Assembly (NCBI GenBank): GCA_964585095.1
Contig: CAZPCN010000001.1
Span: 238 to 64,237 of the forward strand
Source: an uncultured Syntrophaceae bacterium
GTDB lineage: Bacteria > Desulfobacterota > Syntrophia > Syntrophales > UBA2192
Length of the DNA stretch: 64,000 bases
Direction: 5' to 3'
A program made the translations under genes and the position numbers. How positions within the stretch are numbered: position 1 is the stretch's first letter; each line of letters starts with the position of its first letter. Positions 18,619 to 28,857 of the stretch are shown here, piece by piece. The notes beneath the pieces were generated by a model. That model had not been told where the DNA came from. It did not search any database and saw only the letters and a list, made by a program, of their open reading frames with translations.

Positions 18619-19482
18619 ATGACAATCGACAGCCTGGTGAAGCTCCTCGTCACAGCGGCCGTCGTCGAGATGATGGTGACTGTGGGGCTGGCGGTCGCTG
18701 TTGCTGAGCTCGTTAGAGTTGCCGGGAACATACGCCTCTTTGCGAGGGCAGCCGTGGCCAACTATGTCCTCGTGCCGGCCGCCACGGTTTTTCTTCTCCT
18801 GGCGTTCGGCGCCCACCCGATGGTCGCTGCGGGATTTCTTATCCTGGCTTTCTGCCCGGGGGCGCCCTTCGGACCGCCTTTGGCGGTCCTGGCCGGGGGA
18901 AGAGCGGCCCTGTCCGTGGGATGGATGACGAGCCTCGCATTGACATCGGCGGTAATCGCGCCGGCCGCCCTTTACCTGCTGCTGCCCCGCGTTGCCGGGT
19001 CGCAGGAGATGACATTCGCGGTCGTCTGCAGGATGACGGGCACGCTCGTCGGGGTCCAGCTTCTGCCGCTGGCCGTCGGGCTCGGTATCCGGCACTTCAG
19101 GCCCGGTCTTGCGGACAGGGTGCTCGACCCGGCGAGGAAGCTCGGACAGGTGCTCAATCTGGGCGCCATCGTGCTTGTCGTGGCAGTGTACTACCCGCTC
19201 TTGGCGGACGTGAAGCTGAAGGGTTTCGTCGGGATGCTGCTCCTCCTCGTTACAAGCCTGGCTGCAGGGTGGCTCCTGGGCGGGCGGGACGAGGGGAGCC
19301 GAAAGGCCCTGTCGCTGACGACGGCCCTGCGCAACGTAGGGGTCGGCCTGGTGATTGCCACGGACGCTTTTGCGGGCACGCCGGCAGTGACCGCCGTGCT
19401 GGCCTACGGACTTCTCGGCGTACTCGGGTCGTTGTTGATTGCACGGATCTGGGGCCGGAAGGCGGGGCGTTTGCCGGGATGA
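18619..19482 (+). CDS. Bile acid:Na+ symporter (BASS/SBF) family transporter
   Basis: Polytopic 287 aa with FCPGAPFGPPL and SLTTALRNVGVGLVIA motifs typical of the SBF family. Confidence 0.8.
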   Translation: MTIDSLVKLLVTAAVVEMMVTVGLAVAVAELVRVAGNIRLFARAAVANYVLVPAATVFLLLAFGAHPMVAAGFLILAFCPGAPFGPPLAVLAGGRAALSVGWMTSLALTSAVIAPAALYLLLPRVAGSQEMTFAVVCRMTGTLVGVQLLPLAVGLGIRHFRPGLADRVLDPARKLGQVLNLGAIVLVVAVYYPLLADVKLKGFVGMLLLLVTSLAAGWLLGGRDEGSRKALSLTTALRNVGVGLVIATDAFAGTPAVTAVLAYGLLGVLGSLLIARIWGRKAGRLPG

Positions 19483-19593
19483 AGAAGAACAGAATGCGTG
19501 AGTGAAACTCTGCTGAATATTGGAAAATCGGTGGACAGCCGCCGGCATCCACGCTTATATAGCCAGAACAACATATAGAAGAGGAGACGGGTC

Positions 19594-20877
19594 ATGCTGA
19601 GCACTGGGGGAAGAAGTCGTTCGAGAATATCTTCGCGGGTTGCTTTCCGAATTCTCCCGCACATTCTGCCTGTCATCCTGCTGCTCGTCGTCGCGATGGG
19701 CTGCTCGAAGGGCCCCCAGGAGGCCCCGGCGCCCCCGACGGTCGAGGTGATGACCGTCATCCAGAAGGACGTGCCCGTCTACAACGAGTGGATCGGGACC
19801 CTCGACGGTCTTGTGAACGCCACCATCCGTGCCCAGGTCCAGGGATACCTGATAAAACAGAACTACAAGGAAGGCGATTACGTAAGGACCGGGCAGGTCC
19901 TCTTCGAAATCGACCCGCGCACCTTCCAGGCGACACTGGAGCAGGCAAAGGGAGAACTGGAAGCCCAGCAGGCACGCTGGACGACGGCCAAGGCCAACCT
20001 GGCGCGAATCAAGCCCCTGGCAGAGCAGAATGCCGTCAGCAAGAAGGACCTCGACGACTCCATCGGGACGGAACAGTCGGCCCGCGCGGCGGTGTTCTCC
20101 GCTCAGGCCAAGGTCGACAAGGCGCAGCTCGACCTGGGGTTCACAAAGGTGACCTCCCCCGTGGACGGCATCGCAGGCCTTGCAAAGGCGCAGATCGGAA
20201 ACCTGGTCGGCCCGGGAGGCATGGAGGAACTGACGACGGTCTCCACGGTCAACCCGATCAAGGTCTACATCCAGGTGAGCGAACAGGAATACCTTGTGGC
20301 CGGACGCGCCGGGGAGCGCAGGGCCGAAAAGCTCCAGGGCGAGCTCATCCTTGCAGACGGGAGCGTGTACCCGCAAAAGGGCAGCTTCGCCTTCGCCGAC
20401 CGCCAGGTCGACGTGAAGACGGGGACCATCAAGGTAGCCGTCATTTTCCCGAACCCGGGCAATTTCCTGCGACCCGGGCAGTATGGCAAGGTGCGCGTGG
20501 CGACCTCGGTCCGGAAGGATGCCCTGCTGGTGCCCCAGCGGGCCGTGGCGGAAGTCCAGGGAAAATACATGGTGGCCGTTGTGGGGGCCGACAACAAGGC
20601 CGACATCCGGCCTGTGAAAACCGCCGAGCGGGTCGACAGCCTCTGGGTAATCCTCGAGGGCCTGAAGCCGGGTGAACGGGTAGTTGTCGAGGGGATCCAA
20701 AAAGTTCGTCCGGGCTCTCCGGTGAACCCGAAACCGTTTGAAGGGGCTGCCGGTCAGCCCAAGGCGGAAGCGAAGCCGGGAGAAGCAAAGCCCGAGGCCA
20801 AACCGGAAGCGAAAGCGGAAGATAAGGCCGCCGCCCCCCGGAAATCCGCTGAGCCGGCCAAGGCCGAGAAGAGGTAG
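19594..20877 (+). CDS. RND efflux periplasmic adaptor (membrane fusion protein), lipoprotein
   Basis: Lipobox VAMGC, then EWIGTLDGLVNATIRAQVQGYL and LGFTKVTSPVDGIAG (AcrA/MexA-like). Unusual K/A/E/P-rich C-terminal tail. Confidence 0.92.
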   Translation: MLSTGGRSRSRISSRVAFRILPHILPVILLLVVAMGCSKGPQEAPAPPTVEVMTVIQKDVPVYNEWIGTLDGLVNATIRAQVQGYLIKQNYKEGDYVRTGQVLFEIDPRTFQATLEQAKGELEAQQARWTTAKANLARIKPLAEQNAVSKKDLDDSIGTEQSARAAVFSAQAKVDKAQLDLGFTKVTSPVDGIAGLAKAQIGNLVGPGGMEELTTVSTVNPIKVYIQVSEQEYLVAGRAGERRAEKLQGELILADGSVYPQKGSFAFADRQVDVKTGTIKVAVIFPNPGNFLRPGQYGKVRVATSVRKDALLVPQRAVAEVQGKYMVAVVGADNKADIRPVKTAERVDSLWVILEGLKPGERVVVEGIQKVRPGSPVNPKPFEGAAGQPKAEAKPGEAKPEAKPEAKAEDKAAAPRKSAEPAKAEKR

Positions 20878-20883
20878 CCGACC

Positions 20884-23800
20884 ATGTCCAAGTTCTTCAT
20901 CAACCGCCCCATCGTGGCCATGGTGATCTCGATCCTCATGGTCATCGTCGGCCTTGTGGCCATGTCGGGACTGCCCACGGCGCAGTTTCCCAACATCGTC
21001 CCGCCGGAGATGCAGGTGAAGGGCTCCTACCCCGGCGCAGACGCGCTCACCGTCGAACAGTCGGTGGCCACCCCCATCGAGCAGCAGATGTCCGGCGTGG
21101 ACAACATGAATTACATGTATTCCCTCAACGCCAACGACGGCTCGATGAAGCTCACCGTGAACTTCGACATCAAGACGGACCCCAGCACGGACCAGATCCT
21201 CTCCCAGATGAGGTCAAACCAGGCCAATTCCCAGCTGCCCACGGACGTGATCAACCAGGGCGTCACAGTCCAGAAGTCGACGGCGTCGCCGTTGGTCATG
21301 TTCGCCCTCTTTTCGCCAAACGGGACCTACGACAACGTCTTTCTGGCCAACTACTGCTACATCAACATCAACGACCAGATGACCCGTGTGCCCGGCATCG
21401 CCAGCGTCACCGTCTTCGGCGCCGGCCAGTACGCCATGCGCCTCTGGGTGAGACCCGATCTGCTTGCCTCCCTGGGGATCACGATCCCCGAGATCGTCAC
21501 AGCCGTCCAGCAGCAAAACGCCGTCAATCCCTCCGGCCAGGTCGGCGGCGAGCCGATCCCGCCGGGCCAGGAGTTCACCTATGCCGTCAGATCCCAGGGC
21601 CGCCTGGAGAACGAAAAGCAGTTCGGCGACATCGTGATCCGGGCCAACCCGGACGGATCCCTCGTGCGCGTCAAGGACGTGGGACGCATCGAGCTGGGGG
21701 CGCAGTCGTACAGCATGATCGGCCGGCTCAACGGGAAGCCCGCGGCACTCGTCGCCTTGTACCAGATGCCCGGATCGAATGCCATCGCGGCAGCCGACGG
21801 CGCCAAGGAACTCATGGTAAAGCTCAAGGAGAGCTTCCCCGCCGACCTGGACTACGTGGTGGCCCTGGACACGACGCTGGCCGTTACCGAGGGCATCAAG
21901 GAGATCGTTCACACCCTGTTCGAGGCCCTCGTTCTCGTCATCATCGTCGTCTTCATCTTCCTGCAGGGCTGGCGGGCCACCCTGATCCCGTTGCTGGCCG
22001 TGCCGGTGTCACTCATAGGAACCTTCGTGTTCTTTCCCCTCTTGGGCTTTTCGATCAACACGCTCTCGCTCTTCGGGCTGGTGCTCGCCATCGGGCTTGT
22101 CGTCGACGACGCCATCGTCGTCGTCGAGGCCGTGGAGCACCACATCGAGCACGGGATGTCCCCGAAGGAGGCGACCCTGAAGGCGATGGAGGAGGTCTCA
22201 GGCCCCGTCATCGCCATCGCCATCATTCTGGCGGCCGTCTTCGTCCCCACGGCCTTCATCCCGGGCATCACGGGGCGGCTCTACCAGCAGTTCGCCGTGA
22301 CCATCGCCGTCTCGGTCATCATCTCGGCCTTCAATGCCCTGACGCTTTCTCCGGCCCTGTCGGCGCTGCTGCTTAAGCCGAAGAAGAAATCGTCGGGCAC
22401 GCTGCAGAAGTTTTTCGACGGGTTCAACAAGGTCTTCGGCCGGTCCACGGACGGGTACGTGAGCTGGTGCGACCACCTCATCCGGAAGAGCAAGGTGAGC
22501 CTGCTGTTCCTCCTCGCCACGGCCATCCTGGCCGGCTTCTTCGGGAAGCACCTGCCGGTCTCCTTCCTGCCCGACGAGGACCAGGGGTTCGTCTACGCGG
22601 GGCTTCAGCTCCCCGACGCGGCCTCGCTGCAGAGGACCGACGCTGTGACGAAGAAGGCCGAGGAGATCATCATGAAGACCCCCGGCGTGAAGTACTGCAC
22701 CACTGTCGTCGGCTACAGCATGCTCAGCGGTGTTTCCAACACGTACAGTTCCTTCTTTTTCATCACCCTCGAGGAGTGGGCAGAAAGGAAAAAGCCCGAA
22801 GAGAAGTACGAGGCCATCAAGGCCCACCTGAACCGGGAGCTGAGAGGGCTGTCCGAGGCCATCGCTTTTGCCTTTCCGCCGCCCGCCATCCCCGGCGTTG
22901 GTACCTCGGGCGGCGCCACCTTCGTCCTTCAGGACCGGGCAGGGAAGGACATCGCGTTCCTGGCAGAGCAGACGAGCAAATTCATGGAGGCGGCCCGCAA
23001 GCGGCCGGAGCTGACCGGACTCAGCACCACCTTCCGCCCGACGGTGCCGCAGGTCTTCGTGGAGGTGGACCGCGACAAGGTCCTCAAGCAGGGCGTGGCC
23101 CTCTCGGACGTGTACAAGACGCTGCAGTGCTTCATGGGCGGCGCCTTCGTGAACTACTTCAACCGCTTCGGCCGCCAGTGGCAGATCTACGTCCAGGCCG
23201 AGGGCCAGTTCCGGACGAATGCCAGGAACCTCGGACAGTTTCGCGTACGCAACAGCGCGGGTGAAATGGTTCCCCTCTCATCCGTCATCAGCATTCGAAC
23301 CACGGCGGGGCCGGAATTCACCATGCGCTACAACCTCTACCGCTCGGCACAGATCAACGCATCGGCGGCGCCGGGGTACAGCTCCGCCCAGGCCATGGAG
23401 GCCCTCGAACAGGTCTTCGCCGAGACGATGCCGACGGAAATGGGCTACGACTACCTCGGCATGAGCTACCAGGAGAAGAAGGCCCAGGAGGGTGTATCCC
23501 CCGCCGTCATCTTCGGGTTCTCTCTGCTGTGCGTGTTCCTGATCCTGGCCGCCCAGTACGAGAGCTGGTCGCTGCCGTTCAGCGTGCTGCTGGGGACGCC
23601 GATCGCCGTCATGGGGGCCTTTCTCGCCCTGTTCGTGTGCCGGTTCGAGAACAACGTCTACGCCCAGATCGGCCTCGTCATGCTCATCGGCCTCGCGGCG
23701 AAGAACGCGATCCTCATCGTCGAGTTCGCCAAGATGGAATACGACAAGGGCAAGCCCGTGATCGAGGCGGCCCTGACGGGAGCCAAGCTGAGGCTGCGTC

Positions 23801-24048
23801 CGATCCTCATGACTTCGTTCGCCTTCATCCTGGGCTGCGTGCCGCTGGCCCTGGCAAGCGGCGCCGGCGCCATCTCGCGGCAGGTCATGGGCATGGCCGT
23901 CATCGGCGGGATGCTGGCGGCAAGCTTTATCGCCATCTTCCTCATCCCCGTCACGTTCTACGTCGTGGAAAAGATGACGCACAAGGAGAAACCGGGCGGA
24001 CATGAAATTATTGAACGAATTAAGAAGGAGGGGGAAGGCCATGAATAG
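20884..24048 (+). CDS. RND multidrug efflux permease (HAE1, AcrB/MexB-like)
   Basis: 1054 aa. MSKFFINRPIVAMVISILMVIVG start, 12-TM architecture and GLVVDDAIVVVE motif. Confidence 0.95.
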   Translation: MSKFFINRPIVAMVISILMVIVGLVAMSGLPTAQFPNIVPPEMQVKGSYPGADALTVEQSVATPIEQQMSGVDNMNYMYSLNANDGSMKLTVNFDIKTDPSTDQILSQMRSNQANSQLPTDVINQGVTVQKSTASPLVMFALFSPNGTYDNVFLANYCYININDQMTRVPGIASVTVFGAGQYAMRLWVRPDLLASLGITIPEIVTAVQQQNAVNPSGQVGGEPIPPGQEFTYAVRSQGRLENEKQFGDIVIRANPDGSLVRVKDVGRIELGAQSYSMIGRLNGKPAALVALYQMPGSNAIAAADGAKELMVKLKESFPADLDYVVALDTTLAVTEGIKEIVHTLFEALVLVIIVVFIFLQGWRATLIPLLAVPVSLIGTFVFFPLLGFSINTLSLFGLVLAIGLVVDDAIVVVEAVEHHIEHGMSPKEATLKAMEEVSGPVIAIAIILAAVFVPTAFIPGITGRLYQQFAVTIAVSVIISAFNALTLSPALSALLLKPKKKSSGTLQKFFDGFNKVFGRSTDGYVSWCDHLIRKSKVSLLFLLATAILAGFFGKHLPVSFLPDEDQGFVYAGLQLPDAASLQRTDAVTKKAEEIIMKTPGVKYCTTVVGYSMLSGVSNTYSSFFFITLEEWAERKKPEEKYEAIKAHLNRELRGLSEAIAFAFPPPAIPGVGTSGGATFVLQDRAGKDIAFLAEQTSKFMEAARKRPELTGLSTTFRPTVPQVFVEVDRDKVLKQGVALSDVYKTLQCFMGGAFVNYFNRFGRQWQIYVQAEGQFRTNARNLGQFRVRNSAGEMVPLSSVISIRTTAGPEFTMRYNLYRSAQINASAAPGYSSAQAMEALEQVFAETMPTEMGYDYLGMSYQEKKAQEGVSPAVIFGFSLLCVFLILAAQYESWSLPFSVLLGTPIAVMGAFLALFVCRFENNVYAQIGLVMLIGLAAKNAILIVEFAKMEYDKGKPVIEAALTGAKLRLRPILMTSFAFILGCVPLALASGAGAISRQVMGMAVIGGMLAASFIAIFLIPVTFYVVEKMTHKEKPGGHEIIERIKKEGEGHE

Positions 24049-25513
24049 AGCGATCCTCTCCCTGTTGACGGTTGCATTTCTGACAGGTTGTGCCGTCGGT
24101 CCCGACTACAAGCGGCCGGTCTTCGACACTCCGGCGTCCTGGCGCGTCGAGGAGAAGGCGGCCCAGGACACGGCCAACACGGCCTGGTGGCACCAGTTCG
24201 AAGACGGCGTCCTGGACGGGCTGATCGACGAGGCCCTGAAGCAGAACAACGACCTCCGGGTTGCAACCGCCCGCGTCGACGAGTACGTGGGCCGCTACTG
24301 GGTGGGCCGATCGGGGCTGTTCCCGCAGATCGGAGCCTACGGTTCCGCAACGAAGGACCGCGCAAGCGAGCGGGGAGCCTCTCCGATCCCGTCCAGTGTG
24401 AAAAATCCCTCGGAGAACTACCAGGCGGGCTTCAGCGGCAGCTGGGAGATTGACATCTGGGGCAAGCTCAGGCGGGCCACCGAAGCATCGAAAGCCGAGC
24501 TGCTCGGCACGCAGGAGGCGCGGCAGGCGGTCATCCTGTCGCTGGTCAGCTCGACGGCCAACGGCTACATCCTCCTGAGGGACCTCGACAAGCAGCTCGA
24601 GGTGGCCAAGCGAACGGCCAATGTCCGTGAGGAGTCCTACAAGCTCTTCAAGCTGCGCTACGAGGGCGGGGTCATATCGGAGCTCGAGCTCAACCAGGTC
24701 AAGTCCGAGTACGAACAGGCCCTGGCCACGATTCCGCAGATCGAGAAGCAGATCGGCTTCCAGGAGAATGCGCTGAGCCTCCTGCTCGGTAGAAACCCGG
24801 GGCCCATCGAGCGGGGAAAGAGCATCGACGAGCTGACTCTTCCGGCCGTCCCGGCAGGGCTGCCCTCGGATCTGCTGGAGAAGCGGCCCGACGTCCGTCA
24901 GGCCGAGCAGGCCCTCGTTGCCGCCAATGCCCGCATCGGTGTAGCGAAGGCGCAGTTCTTCCCGACCATCTCCCTGACGGGCCTTTTCGGCTGGGCCAGC
25001 ACGGAGCTCTCGAACCTCTTCAACGGGCCCGCGCAGGTCTGGAGCTGGGGAGGGGCGGCGGCGGCCCCCATCTTCACGGGCGGCTCCCTCCTGGGGCAGT
25101 TCTGGGCGTCGGAGGCGATCCAGCAGCAGACGCTCTTCAGCTATCAAAACACGGTCCAGAACGCCTTCCGCGAGGTGAATGACTCCCTGATCGACCAGCG
25201 CCGCACCCGCGAGCAGCTGGAAGCACAGAAACGGCAGGTCGATGCACTGAAGGAGTACGCCCGCATCGCCCGGCTCCGTTACGACAACGGCTACACGAGC
25301 TACATCGAGGTCCTCGACGCCGAGCGGAGCCTCTTCTCCGCCGAGCTGACCTATGCCCAGACGCAGGGCGTCCTCTTCGGGGCCCTGGTGAACCTCTACA
25401 AGTCCATGGGGGGCGGCTGGGTGGTGGAGGCGGACCGGCTCACCTCCCCGGAGACCTTCACCGCGCGCAAGGAGGACAGGGAAGATCAGGAGAAGAAGGC
25501 GCAAAATCCCTGA
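24041..25513 (+). CDS. RND efflux outer-membrane factor lipoprotein (NodT/OprM family)
   Basis: ATG 24041 overlaps the permease stop. Lipobox FLTGC, then GPDYKRP motif and two coiled repeat halves. Confidence 0.92.
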   Translation: MNRAILSLLTVAFLTGCAVGPDYKRPVFDTPASWRVEEKAAQDTANTAWWHQFEDGVLDGLIDEALKQNNDLRVATARVDEYVGRYWVGRSGLFPQIGAYGSATKDRASERGASPIPSSVKNPSENYQAGFSGSWEIDIWGKLRRATEASKAELLGTQEARQAVILSLVSSTANGYILLRDLDKQLEVAKRTANVREESYKLFKLRYEGGVISELELNQVKSEYEQALATIPQIEKQIGFQENALSLLLGRNPGPIERGKSIDELTLPAVPAGLPSDLLEKRPDVRQAEQALVAANARIGVAKAQFFPTISLTGLFGWASTELSNLFNGPAQVWSWGGAAAAPIFTGGSLLGQFWASEAIQQQTLFSYQNTVQNAFREVNDSLIDQRRTREQLEAQKRQVDALKEYARIARLRYDNGYTSYIEVLDAERSLFSAELTYAQTQGVLFGALVNLYKSMGGGWVVEADRLTSPETFTARKEDREDQEKKAQNP

Positions 25514-25524
25514 GAGGATCCCGG

Positions 25525-26223
25525 ATGAAGACCACCCACAGGCGTGTCACGCAGTTCTGGTCGGAGGAGAGGAGCCTGACGGCGTTCCTTGTCCTCCTGC
25601 TCGTCGAGATTTTCGTGATCGCGCCGATCACCCGGTCGGGCGACGCGATCACGCTGGTCAACAACGTGCTGTTCTCGCTCCTGCTCCTGGCGGGCCTGCT
25701 CACCATGACGCGCCGCAGGACGCTCCAGGCCGTGCTGACCCTGTTCGTCGCCCTGGCCGTGGCGACTCACTGGGCCCGCAACGTGTTCGGCATTCCGAAT
25801 CTTGAGATTCTCACCGGACTGCTCTTTATCGGATGCATCGTCGGCTTCCTGGTGATCGTGCTGTGGCAGGTGTTCCGGGAAGGACCGGTCACCATCCACC
25901 GGATCCAGGGCGCCGTGGCCGCCTATCTCCTGCTGTCGATCCTCTTCGCGGGGGCATACAGCCTCCTGGAATTCCTGCACCCCGGTTCCTTCCAGATTCC
26001 CACGGCCCACGACCCGGTCGACGGACAGATGAACCGGGCGTTTTACTATTTCAGCGTCGTCACCCTGACGACGACGGGGTTCGGCGACATCACGCCCGTG
26101 AGCCCCTTTGCCCGGACGCTAACCATGATGGAAGCCCTCGTCGGGCAGCTCTACCCGGCGATCCTGATTGCACGCCTGGTTTCGCTGCATATCGAGGACA
26201 AGAAAGACAGAAGGGGCCGCTAG
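25525..26223 (+). CDS. Potassium channel family protein (pore-loop TTTGFGD)
   Basis: Selectivity filter TLTTTGFGDITP sits between two TM helices, with additional N-terminal TMs. Confidence 0.85.
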   Translation: MKTTHRRVTQFWSEERSLTAFLVLLLVEIFVIAPITRSGDAITLVNNVLFSLLLLAGLLTMTRRRTLQAVLTLFVALAVATHWARNVFGIPNLEILTGLLFIGCIVGFLVIVLWQVFREGPVTIHRIQGAVAAYLLLSILFAGAYSLLEFLHPGSFQIPTAHDPVDGQMNRAFYYFSVVTLTTTGFGDITPVSPFARTLTMMEALVGQLYPAILIARLVSLHIEDKKDRRGR

Positions 26224-26262
26224 ACCGGTGGGGAGGCCGGCGGCACGGAAGGGACAGGCAGG

Positions 26263-28578
26263 CTACGGCTGCAGACCCAGCATGATGTAGAACGCGTCGC
26301 TGCCGTCCTTGGCGTGGCCGTAGGCCAGGTAGAAGGGGCCCACGATCGTGTCCGCCGCAAAAAAGACGCTTCCGCAGTACAGCGAACCGCCCGCCGTTGT
26401 AGGGTCGAACCGGTTGCGGACCTCGCCGGCCTCGAAGGTGCCGCCGAGATAGACGCCTCTGCCCAGGGCCTGGGGGAGGTCGGTGAACCGCCAGGAGTAC
26501 ACGAGTCGGCCCAGGTAGTAAGAGTCGCCGACGAGCTGATCCAGGAGGTAGCCCGAGAATCGCTGGAAGCCGCCGAGCTTGAAGAAGTCGTAAGTGGGGA
26601 GCCTGCTGTCGGGGCTCTCGCCCCAGGCCAGGCCGAGGGTGAGCGTGTGCCGGTCGACATTGAATGGCTTCAGGAAGGTCAGCTCCACCTTGTTGTAGTC
26701 GTCGTCGCCCCCGTAGGCCGGGTCCGTCATGAAACCCTTCGCCCCGGCCAGGAATCCCTGGCGGGGGAATGAAACCTGGTCGAGCTGGTCGAGAACGACG
26801 CTGCCCATCCACCCCCCCTGCCGGAGGTCGTACTCGGGCACCAGGCGACCGCCGCCGGCGGTGAGGACGCCGAAGCGGGCGTCCGTCTTCAGCGTGCCCT
26901 GGAAGAAACCGAACCGAACTTCCCCGAGCCTCCCCTGGAGGCCGAGATCGAGACCGCCGCGGATCGTGTTGACCTTGTACTCCCCGAGCCACTCGTCGCC
27001 CAGGTAATAGCTGATGTGGTTCTGCTGCAAGTCGAACCAGGGCGCCGCGAAGACGCCGACGCGGCGCGTGAAGGGCTGGTAGAACTCGCTGTGGAACCCG
27101 CTCGTGTACCCCACCGCGATGTCGTTTCGCCACTCCGCCCCGAGGCTGTTGATCCAGGTCATGCGGTGCATGAGGGAGGTGAAGAGGCGCTGCTCCTCGG
27201 TGAAGTCCGAGGAGTAGCCGATGCCGAAGCGCAGATAGTTCGGGCCCCAGGTCTTCTCGACGCCTTCGACCTCGAGGACCCTGCGGTTCGCGCTGTCTTT
27301 GAGGCGGTAATCCAGGCGTTCGAAGTCCCCACGGCCGTAAACGGTTTCCAGGTTTCGATGCAGCGCCTGAAGCTCCGTCAGTTCGCCGCGGCGCTCCTCC
27401 AGGCGGGACTCGATCACCGTGGGCTTCTGCTTGATCTCGGCCTCGATGATCTCGGGGTTGATCCGCTTCATCGTGTCGGCCACCTGGATGTCGGTCACCT
27501 CGACCTCGGAGGGCTTCCGGGCCGCCCGGCTCTCCTGCCAGGTGCGGTAATCGGCCTTCCCCACGCTCAAGACCCGGAGCCTGTCCTCCATCTTCCGGGC
27601 TGCCTCGATGCCAATGGGGATCGTCTTCATCGCGCCGCTGAAATCGCCGGAGCTGAAGTCGCCCAGACCCGGGATGAGGTCGATCAGGATGTCCCTGTCC
27701 GTCAGTTCGCCCAGGGAGGCCTTCACGTTTTGTTCCGTCATCAGATTGATCGCCTGGAGGGCCACGGCGCCGCCGGAGGTGATCTGGTCGCGGCGAAGGG
27801 GAGGCGTGCCGAGGTTGACGGCGATGACGATCTCGCAACCCGCCTTCCGGACCACGTCGACGGGGAGATTCCGCACCATGCCGCCGTCGACGTAGAGGCG
27901 CCCGCCGATCTCGACGGGGGAAAACGCGGCGGGAATCGACATGCTGGCCCGCATGGCCTTGACGAGATACCCGTGATCGAAGACCTTCGCCTCGCCGCTT
28001 TCCAGGTCCATCGCCACGGCGCGGTAGGGGATCGGCAGGCTGTCGAAGCTCCGCTCGTTCCTGCCCGCCTCGAGGCCGATGAACTCTGTTATGAGAAACT
28101 CGAACTTGTACCCGGCCACCGTCCCGAGCGGGAGCAGAAGCTTCCCGTCGCGGAAACCCAGCTCGAGTCCGAAGAGCTCCGTGAAGTCGTCCCGCTTCTG
28201 ACGCCAGGGGATGTCCTTGCGGGCAGGGTCATCCTTGAAGACGGCCGCCCAGTCGATGGCCGCGACGCGCTTTTCCATCTCGTCGGGCGTGAGACCCGAG
28301 GCGTAGAAGCCGCCCACGAGAGACCCCATGCTGGTCCCGGCGATGAAGTCCACGGGTATGCGCATTTCCTCCAGGACCTTGAGGACGCCGATGTGGGCCA
28401 CTCCCCGCGCCCCGCCCCCGGAGAGGACGAGACCCACTTTCGGCCGGTCGGGAACCTTGTACGGCGAGGGGATCTCTTTTTTCGGTGTTGTCTGAGCGGG
28501 GCAGGGCAGGGCGCAAAGAAGCAGGGACAGGACGGCGGCCGCCAGGGCTGTCGTGAGTGGTCGTCGAATTGCCGTCAT
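26263..28578 (-). CDS. Patatin-like phospholipase fused to an Omp85/BamA-type beta-barrel (PlpD-like, type Vd autotransporter architecture)
   Basis: Signal peptide from MTAIRR.., oxyanion GGGARG, nucleophile GTSMGS and catalytic Asp in YVDGGM. C-terminal half is a barrel-type alternating pattern ending in an aromatic-rich strand. Confidence 0.85.
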   Translation of the reverse strand: MTAIRRPLTTALAAAVLSLLLCALPCPAQTTPKKEIPSPYKVPDRPKVGLVLSGGGARGVAHIGVLKVLEEMRIPVDFIAGTSMGSLVGGFYASGLTPDEMEKRVAAIDWAAVFKDDPARKDIPWRQKRDDFTELFGLELGFRDGKLLLPLGTVAGYKFEFLITEFIGLEAGRNERSFDSLPIPYRAVAMDLESGEAKVFDHGYLVKAMRASMSIPAAFSPVEIGGRLYVDGGMVRNLPVDVVRKAGCEIVIAVNLGTPPLRRDQITSGGAVALQAINLMTEQNVKASLGELTDRDILIDLIPGLGDFSSGDFSGAMKTIPIGIEAARKMEDRLRVLSVGKADYRTWQESRAARKPSEVEVTDIQVADTMKRINPEIIEAEIKQKPTVIESRLEERRGELTELQALHRNLETVYGRGDFERLDYRLKDSANRRVLEVEGVEKTWGPNYLRFGIGYSSDFTEEQRLFTSLMHRMTWINSLGAEWRNDIAVGYTSGFHSEFYQPFTRRVGVFAAPWFDLQQNHISYYLGDEWLGEYKVNTIRGGLDLGLQGRLGEVRFGFFQGTLKTDARFGVLTAGGGRLVPEYDLRQGGWMGSVVLDQLDQVSFPRQGFLAGAKGFMTDPAYGGDDDYNKVELTFLKPFNVDRHTLTLGLAWGESPDSRLPTYDFFKLGGFQRFSGYLLDQLVGDSYYLGRLVYSWRFTDLPQALGRGVYLGGTFEAGEVRNRFDPTTAGGSLYCGSVFFAADTIVGPFYLAYGHAKDGSDAFYIMLGLQP

Positions 28579-28857
28579 TGCGGACCCCCTCGAGGCAACG
28601 TCAAACCCGGCGCCTGCGCGGAAGGCGCATCCCTGCACTGTGAGTGGAAACATTCCCGGGGGGAACCCCGGCTGATACCCATGGGAATTTAATCATTTCA
28701 TAACAAAAAATGGGTTTGCTGGCAATACGTCGTTGCCCTGGAAGACAAAAAATGTGTGCTTCCGATTGCGAGGAAGGAGTTGAGCGAGCCCCGAAAATCG
28801 GCTATGCTGCACGCACCCGCCCGGTTTGCATCGTTCCTGACCGTCCGAGGAGGCGCC

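Noticed and set aside
19536-19556. GGCATCCACGCTTAT upstream of the RND operon as a possible sigma-54 promoter.
   Set aside because: The -12 element lacks the invariant GC (TTAT rather than TTGC).
28720-28736. Sigma-54-like TGGCAA...TTGC upstream of the C92-like gene.
   Set aside because: There are 12 nt between the GG and GC elements instead of the required 10.
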